From assembly GCA_905331295.1 (NCBI GenBank), contig CAJNYD010000589.1, positions 1 to 64,000 on the forward strand: 64,000 bases of DNA, in the 5' to 3' direction. This stretch comes from Rotaria socialis. Its lineage: Eukaryota. Position 1 is the stretch's first letter; the number at the start of each line of letters is the position of its first letter. The translations under genes were made by a program, and so were the position numbers. Of this stretch, positions 36,298 to 50,850 are shown in pieces. The notes beneath the pieces were generated by a model. It did not search any database and was not told the DNA's origin. It saw only the letters and a program-made list of their open reading frames with translations.

Positions 36298-39200
36298 CAT
36301 TGAATCATTTATCATCTATCAGGACTGGAAGCATTTTGTTACGGGAAGATTTTTCGATAATCTTTTTCATCGTGTATTTTCATGAATATTGCATCAATAT
36401 CTTTAAGGTCCCCCTCAAAAGTCGATTTTTCCCTTAAGAACGTTCATATGAGCTGAAACTTAGAGAACATGTTGGTCCTGTAGTAGAGAGTGTTTCATAA
36501 AAGTTTCAGCCCAAAATCTACATGCGCAAGGGAGATACAGGTTGGACAAAGGTGAAAATAGCCATTTTAAGCATCCTGAAATATTCGATTCTAGTCTTGT
36601 CAGCACTTTAATTTTTTTTGTTTGAAAGAGCACGATACCGTGCTCTTTTATAAAAGTCAATTTTTACGTTAGAAGAAACCGTCACAACTTAAAGCACTCG
36701 AAAATGGTAACAAAATTTTGTATGCCATGGGGTATGGATTTGAAAAAGCCCTATTTAAAAAAAGAATAATGTCATGTGCTGTATCTAGATCTGTTCTTCC
36801 AAACAAAAAAAGTATTAAAGGGTTGATAAAGCCACAAAAGAGCTGTTAGTGCAATCCATGTGGGAGTAAAATATGAAGCATGATAGAATTTCTCTTCTGG
36901 GATCCGTCTATCACGGTCAGTGATACTCTGTGAAGGTTCTCTATTATGGTCGGTATTATGATGTATTGGGTCCCTAGAAACCATCACAGACAGTTACCCA
37001 GATTGAGAGCTCTGACTAATGAATCTTGTCGCATCCAATACGATCGTATGTCCGAATAGGATGGTTTCCGGCTCAACCATCTTTAATTCACATTCAAATT
37101 GGCTTCGGAGCTGAAATTTCGTCACAATTATAATACACTCAATCTGCGCTTGCACGATTCGAATGGATAAATCTATCCCCTAACTTAACCCTTTAACCAT
37201 AATCTATCATCTTATCTATATCTAGCCGCCTAACTTAAACCATCAACCATAATCTGTCCGCCTAAAGTGTCCCCTTAAACTTAATCTATTACATTCTCCA
37301 TATCTATCTCCGTAAATTAACACTTGTGTCCTAATCCAACGACCAACATATTCTCGTAACTGTGTTTAATTCCTTCGTTTAAGCGAATGTAATTACTTGG
37401 ACTCCTCAACAGAAAACGTGCACGACAAGCTTTATTGCGACTAGAACTTACAGTGCAGTACGTTGTTTTTGATAATCTTAAGTACTTGAACGATTTCGAT
37501 TTGTTATGACTACTGTTTATTGGAAATATTTTCCTCAATGTGGAATATGGGTACCCATGGAAAACAAATATCGAAAAAATCACTTTTAGAGACGTCAAAA
37601 TCGATTTGTAATCGATTCTTGAAATCAAGTCTTGTAAATGGGAAGCAGTGAAACAATTAATGATATAAGAAATGAAGTTCGGGCAAGTGTTTTTAAGCAA
37701 TATTTTTGCTTTTCACCAGCCGAACAGATTTCTCACGAAATTCTATATGATACTGTACTCTTTGAGCGTTTCGTTTGTGCAAACAAAATATTTTAAAGCG
37801 TGGTAAAATACCACCGAACCTTTCTTTGTCAATGCAAGCACTTTGTGTTCAAAAAAGGCAATGTTAATAAAAGAATACATGACACCCCTAATGCGTTTCA
37901 ATTAATCAGAAAATAGCGCCTTTCATCGTGTATAAAAAGAAAACAGAATAATACTAGATGGTATTCGAGTTTCACTCGACTACGAAATGCGGTGCGAAGC
38001 ACACGAGCCGAATTTTCGAAAGTAGCGAGAATAAGATTTAAAAATAAATGATTCACTTTAAGATTCATTACAAACGTTTATTTTTTTTTAATTTCCGTAT
38101 ACGAATTTTGAATAAAAATTTCGCANGCAGTATCTGCCCTTTACTTTTGTTGCTTTCCTCCTTCGATTAGAGAGTTAGCGAATTTTGGACGAAGCAGTTT
38201 CGTAGCACAAGAAAATAATTACAATTATATACAATATTTACAAAAGGTGGAGACATTTTTGACTGCTCCTTGGAAAAAACACCCGAGTTCTCATATACAG
38301 GAAACGAAGAGAATCGACTGGATTTCAATAACAGAATCCTATAGGGTCCGAAAATTGGGTTTCGTCGGATTCGATAATCGACATAAGTCGGAAGTTACCA
38401 GTATTAACTGAGATCCGCTTGGATTCTGACAATCGGAATCATGTCAGATGCAGTCATCGGAATTCATCGGACTGAAACACACCAGATAGAATCCGATTGC
38501 CGACTTTTGACCTGAGTAGAATTAATATTCGTTTCTATCAATTGATCCCTTGATTTTTAGGGCAACATCAGTCATATCGAGAACCTCTAAAGGTTTGCAA
38601 AAAGGTTTCCGAAAGAGCTGCAGCTTTCTACGGAACGATTATTTCTTTAAATTAATTTCTTATTTCCTTCCTTACTTCATATTCATTTAGGTAAACCGTC
38701 ATTTCTATCCTTAATCTCTGAACTCGACATCGAACTCCTTCTTTCTATATCCACTCTTATAAAACTGTATAAATTCATATAACTATGCATAAGTTATTAT
38801 ATGCTTATATAACACTTTTTTCTACGACAATCCTTTCAAAACTGTAATCAATTCTTCATAAATATGTCGAACTCGCTACAACTATGTATATTCCCTTGCA
38901 CCTGGCTTTAATAACGTAAAACATTGTCTGAGTCCTTATTTCTAAATGTCACTTGTGAAAACTATTGATCACCACATATATCTATGTCAAAATTCTCAGC
39001 TGTATCCATAGTGCACACGTGGGCTTAGAATGAATATAAAAAAGCTTGTTACAAGTTTTGTATTTGACTATGAAGAGATAATCCAATGCTCGTGTATTTG
39101 TGTTGAAACAGTAACTCAATACTTTAGCATTAGTATAATACAAACACTTATCTTTTCAATATTAGCTATTGGTAGATATATGTATTCAGTTGAAGTCTGA

Positions 39201-40772
39201 AAACAGAACGGGATTGTCTTTTTAAGGCGACATAGATCGTCAGATCTCTTATATGAATTATCTGAACACTTTATACTTATGTAAGTCTTAAAACTTATCT
39301 TTATTTGAAACACACGTATACATGTCGAATCATCTATATCCATCGTTCACTTCATATATATATATATATATATATTCTTAAGCTCTCAATATCTATTCAG
39401 ATCTGCTTCAATTTATGTACAAGTCTTACATCTGCGTCTATCCTCCGATGTCTTTTTGTGTGCTTCTGTATCTCGCGATTATCCAAGTTAAATCCGAAAT
39501 GAGATATCCAGCTAGATAAAATGACAACCAACTAATCGTTTTATTATATTAAAGAGTCTGTGGTTTGAATAATTAACGATTTAAAATATTAGAGTGGTGA
39601 AATCTGGAATAAAACTGAGGGGTGTAGTAATTCATAAAATGGGAGCATAAAATAAAGTTGCAGACATAGACAGTATTTTTTTCAAAGAAAATGTTTAAGT
39701 TCATTGCCATATTAGTGAAGTCCTTCTGTATTTTTTTTAGAAAGATGTCAGTACGAAAACGTGTGAACTCAAAAATACAGTTATACAATATTGAAACTGG
39801 ATTACTAATGACTGATAAATACGTAAACAAATGAAATAATCGAGGCTGAACAATTTTCTGAGGAGTCTTCATCTATGGACCGCATAAATGTACAGAAAAA
39901 GAAAGTATCATACGAAACCTTTAATAGGTCTCCTACAAAACCATTTCGCCTACCAAAAATAAAAAGAGTTTTTTTACGGAACTCCTTTGATTACTAAACC
40001 TTAAAATGGTTTCGTGGACTGGTGCGATATCTAATCGTATACAGTAAACTTCCACTAAACCTCAAAGAATTCGTGTGACACCTTTTTTTTCCAGTGTATA
40101 TCTACAAAAGAGCGCACTTTAATGCATGTCCTCCTATAATGACCCATTTTCTCGTAGAATCAAAATTCTTGAAATTTGTTAAACAAACTGGTTTTGACAG
40201 TTAGTTCTATAGTGTTGTTCACTCTTGTAGATCGAATGATTTCAGCTGGAGACAAGGATATGAAATACAGATTGAGATACTCAGGATAGAGAAAGGCGAG
40301 TTATGTATAAAGTTCACTAACTGATTTTGAAAGCAATCTATCCAACATAGTTGTGAATTGAGATTAATATTTCATCAGAAGTGCTATTTAAACTATTTCA
40401 GTACTCAGAGAAGTTTCGCTGCTTCTTCAAGTGAAAAGTTGCAAAAACTATTTTTTGCACTATTCGAAGCGTTCAAACTTCTAAAATACATGAAAGAGTT
40501 TCCAGATTTCAGACACTGTTTTGAGAATTAGGAAATCCAAAATTCAAATGATGTACATAAACAAAAATTAGCGACATTCTTGTTGATAGTGAGTTCTTTG
40601 GGAAAGAAAACTGGTGTGTGATGCAGTAAAGATGACAGAATGAAGAATAAGTGTTTTTATTTCTAGATTAACTGTGAGAGACTTAGTTTTTCAAATAAAT
40701 ATGGAAATAATAATTTAGAATTCCTCAGATATGAGATTCAAGCCATTTTTTGTAACTAAAATTCAAACTATG

Positions 40773-41562
40773 TTATTTAGCTGAAAAAAGATTGATAAGT
40801 GTTTTAGCTGAATCGATACCACTTTTGTATGCCCCAATAACAAGCCCTGGGTATACAGGGTGCGTTGCCTCCCCAGCAAAGATGATACGCGGTGTCTGAA
40901 AATAGATAAAAGAAAATTAATCTGAGCATTTCATTCGTTAACCTACACCGTCTGGTTCAAAACTTTTACGAAGTTGTGCCTGATCGTCTTTGAATATTTG
41001 TGGAGAAAAATGTGAAAATGAACCACATGTATATTCATTTGTTTTCCAGGTACTTCTATTAATATTGAGTAATAGCTTTTAGAATTTGTTTAAAGTCCAA
41101 TATGTTCACTCACTTGAAAATCTGAACTGGAGGATCGCTTTCTTTACCTTGATTAAGGTAGTGACAAGCCACACCATGGAGAAGACACTTCAATACGTCG
41201 TTGCTTATATTTTCTATGAGTACTGCAGCGTTACCACCAAACCAAAATGTTAATACACGTCGTTCGTCTCTTGGCGACATACAGAAAACGGATTGAAGGA
41301 TGAACATGATATCCTGTCGGTTTGTATCGTTTGCAGCAAGACACGCGAGGTGTGTTTCATTTAATTTCATGGGAACGCAGTAGACGTCTATAGGGAATAC
41401 TTCTCTACAGTCATCTGGCCAAAATTGCATTGGTTTTTCATAAATCAGATGTACCTTGATAAAATAAATACATAACAGCAGGTTATAAACAAAAGAATTG
41501 TAAAGTAAATGATCACTGAGTGCTCTGCAAGAATCAGTAATCTTCTATGATTTCCTGCTGTT

Positions 41563-41596
<34 letters not shown>

Positions 41597-43218
41597 TGTG
41601 TATATTTAAGCACTTGAGGGTATGGGGTGAGGGTGCCTATAGCATCCTAGTCCAGATGCAGATCCACACCCACACCCTCAGCGAAGCATGGGACCCGATT
41701 CTTTTTAAAGTTCAACAACAAATCCAACGAAAAATTCAACATCAACGACAAAGACAACAGCTATCCACCAACCACAATTAATCAACAAGGACAAGACGAT
41801 AATAGTGATACGGAAATGAATCATCAATCCAGAACAATACTACTACTGTCTTGTTCCGTATCACTATTACCGTACACAAAATGTAAAGAAGATCAAAAAA
41901 AGAAAGAAAAAAAAAACAAATGAACTAGTCTACTTGTCACACCTTTTACATCTGTTTTATCTCTCGCACATTGTAGATATTTAACTGGATGATCTGAAAT
42001 TATAATTAAAAATTGTAAAGTCTATATAGAATTATGTCTGATGAAGTTGTAAACTACAAAAAAACGTTCACATTAAAATTGAATAAATAAATATTAATAA
42101 AGTAGGAAGAGAATATAAAAATGAGTACGAAATTATAATTTCTATGCGAAATTAAGGCATGCTTGTGATATTCGGCAATTCAAAATGCAAGTTGTATTTC
42201 TTACGTACTTTATTCATCATCACAGTAGAGAGTGTTTGGATGGCATGTGACTTTTCTTCGATAAGCTTCTGCTCAGCACTAAATATTCTTGTAAAATTCC
42301 TTTTTAAATAATCCAATGAAGTTGTCCAAATGATATGATCACAAGTAAGAAGAATATTTGTTGCTTTATTTGGTGTACTGACAGTTTCGACACTAAGCTT
42401 ATGACAGTCGGGAAGATATTGCACCTGCGTCACCTCAGTTTCAAGTCGTATATGACTTTCAGGTATGGTTGACTGTAGATGATCGATGAATGGACGATAA
42501 GTACAATTAACCTCAACCCATGACTCGATTTGGCTTATACATCCACTCGCGTCCAATACGTGTAGCATCCAATCAATCAATATTGAACGTAATGCTTCAT
42601 CATGAACAAATGATAGTAGCTTCTCTTTATAACATGCAAATCGTGACTCTTCCGTTGCTACTTCTTTTAATTCTTTATGGACTTGTTCTCGTATATCCCA
42701 CACATTTTCCATTAATGTGTTATCAATTCGCTTGTCATCGGAAGTAACATAGTAAGACACTAAAATGTTTATTGTAACAAATGCTTGTTAAATCAAAATT
42801 TCGATTGCATTAACAAGAGCAAGTTACCTTGATTGCCTGTATCTGTAATGTTTCTCGTCTTTTCAAAAAAACTATACACTTCATTTGGGACCGACTCTTT
42901 GAGAGCAAGTTGAGCACCCTACACATATCCAACATAAGGATTTAGAATGCTATTGAATTTGTAAAATTACGTACCAAATCAACGAGGATCTCGGGTGCTG
43001 TTGCGTTTAAAGAGAGAAAAGAGTATATTAAAGCATGTTACGGCATTAAAAACTATGCATTTACCTGCTTCGATAGTGTGTACACGGCCCCCAAGATAAT
43101 TCTGTGCTTCTAATAGTAAATACTTTATATTGTTCTCAGAAAGGGCTTTAGCTGCTGCTAAACCAGCTGCACCGCCTCCTACAATTATGACAGGTACATG
43201 AGTGTTTTCCGGCATCAT
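40773..43218 (-). CDS. Flavin-containing amine oxidase (spermine/polyamine oxidase-like), 7 exons: 43065-43218, 42975-42997, 42828-42918, 42209-42759, 41114-41454, 40947-41055, 40773-40895; 463 aa
   Basis: Motifs IIVGGGAAGLAAA, LEAQNYLGGR, VDLGAQ, CDHIIWT, MNKVHL, TWKTNEYTCGSFS and IFAGEATH...GAYKSG. All six GT-AG introns are phase-consistent; 1392 nt. Confidence 0.9.
41562..41703 (+). mobile_element. Helitron-like non-autonomous fragment with (TA)n microsatellite, in amine oxidase intron 4
   Basis: TC start, (TA)n, and a 3' end CCCTCAGCGAAGCATGGG...TTCT. A related copy (CCTAATCCAGGTGCAGATCTACACCCACACCC) lies at ~58752-58815. Confidence 0.45.
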
Positions 43219-46200
43219 AAAAGTACGAATATAAAATTATTGAATCTGAAATCATTAGAAAAATAGTATAAACTGTCGAAGGATCGATCATTCAAAATCA
43301 CTTAACAGGATTTACCATAATGTTGCAATCATCTTATTGTATCAGTAAATTGATAATATTACGCTAGCAAAATTTTAGTCATCAAAATTCGTTTTTGGAG
43401 AAACTCTCGGAAAATCTATCGTCAAGTTTTGAACAGGAAATCTACTGATTATTAATTCTAGCATGACAATGTAGCAAGTTCATGTGGCTTTTTAAGATCC
43501 TCAATTTAGAGTCCCATAGAGTATCTCTGATATGTGAATTCAGCATTAAATTCATAAAAATGCACTAGCAAGAATAACAAAAATTATCTTTTCAATCTGA
43601 AGTTCAATTATTATTGACTTTAGGATTAGTTATTGTTTGATATTTAGCCTTTGATTTGTAGTATAATAGCGGTTTAACTGTGTGATAAGTTTGAGGTATC
43701 GTACTTACCGTGACAATGCTGTTATCTGAAAGCCAATCAGCAGCAAAAACATAACGTCGAAGTTCAAATAAACGTATTATCAAGGATTTTATCAATTATG
43801 TATATTGTTAGCAAGACTTGGTAAAAATCCAAAAGAATTCATGACGTCTGTTCTGAATTTTGTTCATTTCCTATTCATTGCACTACGGTAAAACAAAGCT
43901 TAGGGTAAAGTAGAAATATCTATGCTCGATATTAAAAAACTGCTACAATCCTCATTGTTTTTTTTTCTTCTATTTAACTTTCAGCTGTTACACTACTCTG
44001 TTATGGAGCCACTCTAAAGCATATATAATTAAGCTATATTTGATCGTTTTCTAAAAATTTCAAGTTTCTTGAAAACAGCTCATGAGTATTTTTAAAGAGG
44101 TGGACACCGTTAAATCAAAAGTAGAAAATAAAATGATTCATAAATTGTAGCTTGGTCACATAGAGATTATAATTTTTGCTACTGCTCGTAGGTTTCATTC
44201 TTTGTTCGCCATAACTGAATGATTGACAAATTTGCTTCATATTCATATAATATTTGGCTCAGCCTCATCTCTATTAGTTACAGAGGAACTCTAAAATAGT
44301 CATACATAACCTCTCATACGCTGTCGACTCTCCGACAATAGACTAACCACGTCGTTTATATATTGTAGTTTCCATAGATGATATGCCGTTAGTAAGGATA
44401 TGTAGATAACTTTAGTGACTAAGCGAGAAGCTCATTTATTGTTGACCTTTCGTTCAAAGCTATACTTAACATTAAAAGCATAAAAAAATCAAACTTATCG
44501 GCACTGCTCTTATCGAGAACCCTACACCAAAGAGAAGTCTGAATGGGTAGCAATTTTATTTTCCTAAGGGGAAAGTTCTACTATATCAATAAACTATCTA
44601 ATATTAAGATGAACAATTCTAGTTGAGAAGAATGAATATTTGGAGTTGCTTCTGATAGAGAATCTTGAATAGCAAATGAAAAAAAAAGAAAAACAACATC
44701 CCTGAAAACCGAAGTGCCATATGGAACTATTTATGGTTCTAGCCAAGATACTGAACTTTTTAAGGTTTCACTCGTTTATTAATAAACCATCGAGGGTTCT
44801 AGCTAGTTTAAACAACCATCTCAGATCCTCAATAGTTTCGGATGTTTGAAAAGGTTCCGTCCTGCACCATTATTGTTAATGCTGAATCATTTTTTTAAAG
44901 ATGGTTCTGGCTTGAACCAAGATACTATATTTTCGAAACGTAATTTAAGTAATATAAATCTCAAAAATGTTATTGAGATCGAGGAATCCGAGCTCCCAAT
45001 GGTCAGAATTGGGTCCATAAAAAACTCGAGGGCTGTAAAATCGGACTTTGTATTTCAGCTCCGATCTCAATTCTGATCGAAGTTTGAAATAGGTTATCGA
45101 TGCCCGGGAATCCGAATGCGTCGTCATTTTTTAGATGACGGGGATGCGATAGTTGAATGATGCACCTGAGTAGTTGTGCATCCAAAATCAATTCAATAAT
45201 TACTGGTAACTATTGAAGTGCTATTTTTCTTTTCTCTTTTTCAATATGTCACATGCATCAGTACGCAGGTAATGTCAATTTGATAAAATGAATTCAAGAT
45301 TTTCTGTAGTTAGGTATGTATGAATAATCAATTCAAATGCAAGTTTAATATGTTAAAATAAATTAGTGTTTCTTTTTTAATATTTTAGGTATATGTGAAT
45401 AATTCATTTAATGGGAAGTTGAATCTTACAATATAAGTCACTATTCTTTTTTTTGTTTAGAATCGTCTCAACAAAAACTAATGCCGATGCCGATTTCGTG
45501 CGAACAACAGAAAAAGTGCTAGTTCGTATTCTACTCAAAACAAATCTAGGTAAATATAACACATAGAGATAAGGGTTAAGGTTAGGAATTATGATTAAGA
45601 TTAGGTATAAGGAATTAAATATGAAATTAACAGTTGGATAAAGCATTCGTCGGAAGTACTAGACTAATTGAATGTGGTGTACTACATTTTACTACTCTAG
45701 AACCACTTTTGGAAGAAATACGAAAAGGTTCCAGCTACGACCAGCTTTTTCTTGAACCTTCAATGGTTCTGAAAATGGTATCCAAATCTAGAAGCTTAAA
45801 AGATTCAGTATGACACCTGTTTTTCTGAGAACACATTCTACAGTTCATAGATACAATTATAATAGATAAAGCATTGAAATATTAAAAATTCTCAATTTCA
45901 ATTTCTTACGCCTATATGATAATGTCTTTGCCATTTTTTTTTATTTCACGGAATGCACTTGGCGCTATTGATTTTCAAAACGAAGAGCCCGTAAATGCTC
46001 TTGCGATGGATCGAAATCGTGTAATTCTAAAAGAAATAAACGGATTCTTGATGGAAAGCACGAAAAATCTCAAATGTAAGCGACTATCCATGAGCTTGAT
46101 ACGAAATAGATGCATTTTTGAAGAAGACTAGTGATTGTTGAACTCACTTCGTTATCATCAGCCACTTCGACTGCGAGTAATTTGTAGGGGCACTATCTCA

Positions 46201-46306
46201 GCAAGCACTTGAAAAAAATTTTAAATGATATCCTCAAGATAAATATGTATATTCAGTACTTCTGACAATTTTCAATGGAAGAATTAAAGTATCCACATAA
46301 CATTAG

Positions 46307-46673
46307 AAGAAGAAGAATAGCCTGCCTTTCGGCTACCTTACGGTGTGGGGTGTTATCCGAGGACAATTTCAAGGGCCCTATTTTTTCCTACATCTATTAC
46401 TAAATGTAGCTCTGGACAGAAGGCCGGCATGACTCAGAGTTCTTCGCGCTGAATTGCTTAAACTTCCCGTACACACTGACTAACAACATACTAGCTACAA
46501 GAGCTATTTAATGTATGCCATACGTAGTCAGTTTGCTATCGGATTAGTGATCCGAGATAATATAGCCGTTAGTAACTTATTCAAGGCCATTCTATAACTG
46601 GATGGAGCCGAGGTTCGATCACATTATCTTGTGGATATGTGTCAAACATCTTAACCATTCAGCCATAGCGGCC
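46307..46673 (-). mobile_element. tRNA-derived SINE with (TTC)n tail and ~12-bp TSD
   Basis: Minus-strand head GGCCGCTATGGCTGAATGGTTAAG (A box) ... GATCGAACC (B box), TTCTTCTTCT tail, and flanks ACATAACATTAG (46295-46306) / ACATAAAATTAG (46674-46685). Confidence 0.8.
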
Positions 46674-49600
46674 ACATAAAATTAGCATCATCATGCACGT
46701 ACTATCATGGAAACATCTTCTTCCCAAGTACCAAAGCTATAGAAAAATAGCATCTTCTAAAGGAGGAAAATTTAGAGTACATGAATTGTTAACCTAGATT
46801 TACACTCATGTTTATTCTCAGCATGTATAGTCGTGATGAAAATAAGTTGTTCTCTTGCGATTAATTGAGATTAACTTTCATTTTAACAGGATAAGTTCCT
46901 ATTACTTAGGCAAAAATCTCTCAAGTTTATAAGCCTCCTCAGTCGAGCTTCTGCTTCTGATACTAATCGTCTAAGCCAAATAGATTGCAGTATTTATTAG
47001 GACCCATGCACCAAAAATAGCATTAATTAATAAAGCAATTAATTTCTATGAGTACCAGTGTACAAACCATATTAACCTTAACTTTAACCAAATAATTCTA
47101 GATTCGCTTTCAAATCGAAAATTTGCTAAACTTTAATCCACTAGAATTTTAATTTTTGTAAAATTAAATGATTCAAAACTATCCAAAAACAGATATCAAA
47201 ATACAACATAACTAATACTACGTACTTATTCGACTCTTTTGAACTGTGACAGTTCCAGTTCTCTATTGAAACTTCATCAAAAATTACTTGGTGTAACTCT
47301 GCCGTTCTCTTTCTAAGTCCCCCTAGTACTACTGAGCTAGTATCGTGTCGTCTCATTTGCGAACATAAAATCGAAAATCAAAATGTTTTAAATTAAATTT
47401 AAATCGAAGATTTTAAATTTTCGTTTTTTGTATATTAAACACTACTTGAGAACAATTTTAATAAAATTGATATGTTCAGTTTTGCTAGTAACTATCTGGA
47501 ATTTGTAGAGTGCGCTAAACTATTGTGTTCGTTTTTTATTAATTCAAATGTAATATATGAGGTTCAGTAGAGAAAAATGCTGCTATCAATATCATGATCT
47601 ATTTGTCTGAGGTTCATTATAAAATCTATAGGGTATAGTCAAGATCTATTTACGCTTTTATTCGAATATTTTTTATATCAACCGTATTTGTTTTGCATTT
47701 TGACGCTCTTTGCTCGTTTATTACAACTAAAAATTCGTCAAGATGGAAACAATAGAAATAGAACTAGATAATACTCATCTTAACTTTGACGCAACTTCAT
47801 TTATTTCTATCCATTTTTTGCCCTTGCTCGTATTTATCACTAATATTTCATGAGTAAGAATTGAAAACATACGACTCAATATGCATTTCTACTTTGATTT
47901 GAAAAATTAGCATCTAAGCCAAATTGAAATCTATAACATATGCATTATGCTCGTTAATTGATCCAAAAAGAAAAAGAAAGATAGAAATAAACTATATAAT
48001 ACTCATTTTAACTTCGACTCAGCTTCTTTCTACGTATCCCCATTTTGTTTGCTCTTGCTCATCTTTGTACTACTATATATTCACTATTAATGAGAACATT
48101 AGATTATTATTGATCTTCATATCTGCATATTTCTAGAAATCAACTGAAATATGTCTTGATAATAAATATTCGCCATTAACAAGCTATATGTTCTACGTAT
48201 TCAATCGAATCTGTTAAAACAATGGACTCTATATTAAAAAAACATTTCATTAAGAAAATGAACTAATTTTCTTTACAAGAACTCTCTCTTCAGAGAAACA
48301 ATTCCATCTTTACTATTTTCACCAATTTTTTAGAACTGAAAAGCCTTTTATTATCAAAAACTTATGTCCTGCACAAATTGCAGTAATTATTCAAACTTTA
48401 GATGTTTTCTATTCTAAAAGATTAACATCCTCTATAAATCGCAGTAAACTTATAAAATTAACTTCAAATTTCAATCGTTTTGAAACAAATTCGAAATAAT
48501 AAACTTTAAAATAAAACGAAACTTTTAAGTTTGAATTTAGTTAAATTCATTCTCTTTATGTTCGCCAATGAGAAGTAGCCCTTTATTATAACAATGCCTA
48601 CCCGATCAGCCACTAAATTGTGTTTTCTAATAAATATTGGTAGCATACCAAGTAAGCGTACACGTACGACATGTAAATATTCTATGCATAAGTACAGGTG
48701 AAATGCAGTAGCGCCCAAATCATAGAGAAGAGCACTTTTTCTTATGCCTACTCATTTTTCTATCTTTTTTCGAGCCAAAGTTACGCACCAGCGGCTCTCT
48801 CTTCAAGCGTTTAAGTATAAGCGAGAATATGAGTATATGGCTTTGTAGTGCGTAGTAGTCAAGCTTTTAACATATCATTTTTTCTTTAAGCCTCTTTATG
48901 AATTGACTTAATTCAACCGCAATTCAGATGGTTATTTAATCGTTGAAAGTTTGTATGGCTATACAGTTTTGATTTAATTCTTCAACATTTTTCACATCTA
49001 TTAGAGTTAGGGGTGTCACATTTAAATTTAGCTAAATTTAAATTAAATTGTCTCAAATTCAAATTAGTTCAATTTTGAAAACTAGTAGATAACGATAGCT
49101 TTTGACTCGATTGCTATTATTTAAATTCAAATTTGAGTATGTTTTTTGTTTTCGAAAGTTAAAGGTAGCCATTATTCTACGAATTGTGCTATTAAATATA
49201 TTTTTATGAGTATTACGGTATTTTGAAGAAGAGAGATGGCTGTAAATTGACACCACTAATACAAAGTGAATTATATAGAGGGATCCACATTAGGTATCAG
49301 GTGAAATTGACAGATAGGCACTTGTGGACGTCGAAAGAAATTTGACAAATGTTTACTCCATTATACATTTTCATTCAACGAGGTTCAAACCTGTTACAGA
49401 CGGAACCAATTTGAAAGAATTTTCCATGTCCTTTCGTAATACCTACCACAATTTCGACACGCATTCACCTGACTTCTAGGTGATGCACACAGCAAAAAAA
49501 TTCTTCAGGGTATCACTCAAGTTCTAAAACTTGGACAACGTCCATATTTTTCTCGAAGCAGTTCGAGAGAAAACCACAGTGAGAATCGCTCAGGCATTTG

Positions 49601-50110
49601 TAACAAAACAACAGTCCATTATATATTTCATTTCACCTGCATCTCAAGTGAATCTGTTACAGAAGAAGTATTAAACTGATTTCCTAACTCTTGAAGAAGC
49701 CGTTCGTTTGTATTTCTCGCCAGATGCATGATGTTTGACATTTATTCATCGAAGAGTAACGATGAAATTGGCATAAATAAATACTCCTCTTTTTATTACA
49801 TAGCATGGTCCCTACGTACAGTGGCCGTCGCTGTTAGATATATTTATGAAACAAAGTAAAAAATATAAATCTCTAATCATCTCTATTCTATCGGTTATAA
49901 TATCTCATCGATATTAATAGGTTTCAGTAATTTTATTTCACGAAATAATATGAACTGCCTAACTTTTAATATATCAAAATTATTCACCCACTTCCAAAAA
50001 CTTCCTATCTTTCCGTAATCTAAACAAAAGTCTTAAGTAGTTTAGTAGCGTGCTGGGTGTCATTTCATTTTAATATACTCATTTAATCTACTTGTAACAG
50101 CACCAAGTAA

Positions 50111-50193
50111 TACGGGTGAAACAGTTCTCAGATCTAAGGGAATGCCTGAAGAGTTCTTTTGATAGGAACTAAACCTGAACTATCATACCCCTA
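50111..50193. mobile_element. 83-bp hAT-type mini-MITE
   Basis: TACGGGTGAAACAGTTC...GAACTATCATACCCCTA with flanks CCAAGTAA/CCAATCAA. Confidence 0.6.
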
Positions 50194-50199
50194 CCAATC

Positions 50200-50850
50200 A
50201 ACTTTGCGAACACAGACAACTCAATCTTATTGCATTCCTCGATGATTCACAACACCAATTCTTCTCTATTGTTTGGATGACATTTTTTCATTCGATCTTG
50301 CAATGCACCCCAAAGATTTTCAATGAGATTGAAGTCCGGAAAAGAAGATGGCCATTTCAAGACTGGAATTCCATTTTTCTTCAACAAATCCTTGACGAGA
50401 GATGACGTGTGGTTGGGAGCATCATCGTTCATGAATATGAAGTTGCTGCCGACTCCCAGCTTGCTCATTGAGGGTACCAGATTCTCTTCTAATATTTGTC
50501 GGTAATAAAAATGATCCAAGGTAAGATCTAAAACACAGTTTGCCATGATTGCTTTCGTAAAACAACCCCACAGTATCATAGAACCACCCCCATGCTTCAC
50601 TGTTGGAAATCGTTCACTTTGGATCGAACTCTTCCTTCAACGTTCTACACACCATCACTTTACCATTTAAACCGAATAAGTTAAATTTCGATTCATCCGC
50701 CCAAATTACAGTATCCTAAAAACCTAACGATTTTGCCAACGTTTCTCTTGCATATTTGATGCGTTTCATGCTCTTAATATTATTAACATGGGGTTTGTTA
50801 CGAGCAACTCAATTGAATAGCTCTATTTCAGGTAATCGACACCGAACAAA
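50200..50850 (-). pseudogene. Tc1/mariner (DD34E-type) transposase remnant
   Basis: WADESKFNLFG, KHGGGSMILWGCF, DDAPNH and WPSSFPDFNLIENLW, with stops and frameshifts. Confidence 0.9.

Noticed and set aside
45571..45610. GGGTTAAGGTTAGG telomere-like motifs (also ~37181, ~47071) and TGTGGG-like runs (~32261, ~63358)
   Set aside because: Only 2-3 degenerate units embedded in dispersed repeats; not a telomeric array.
47740..48110. Degenerate ~240-bp direct duplication
   Set aside because: Old, non-coding and without TE or structural hallmarks.
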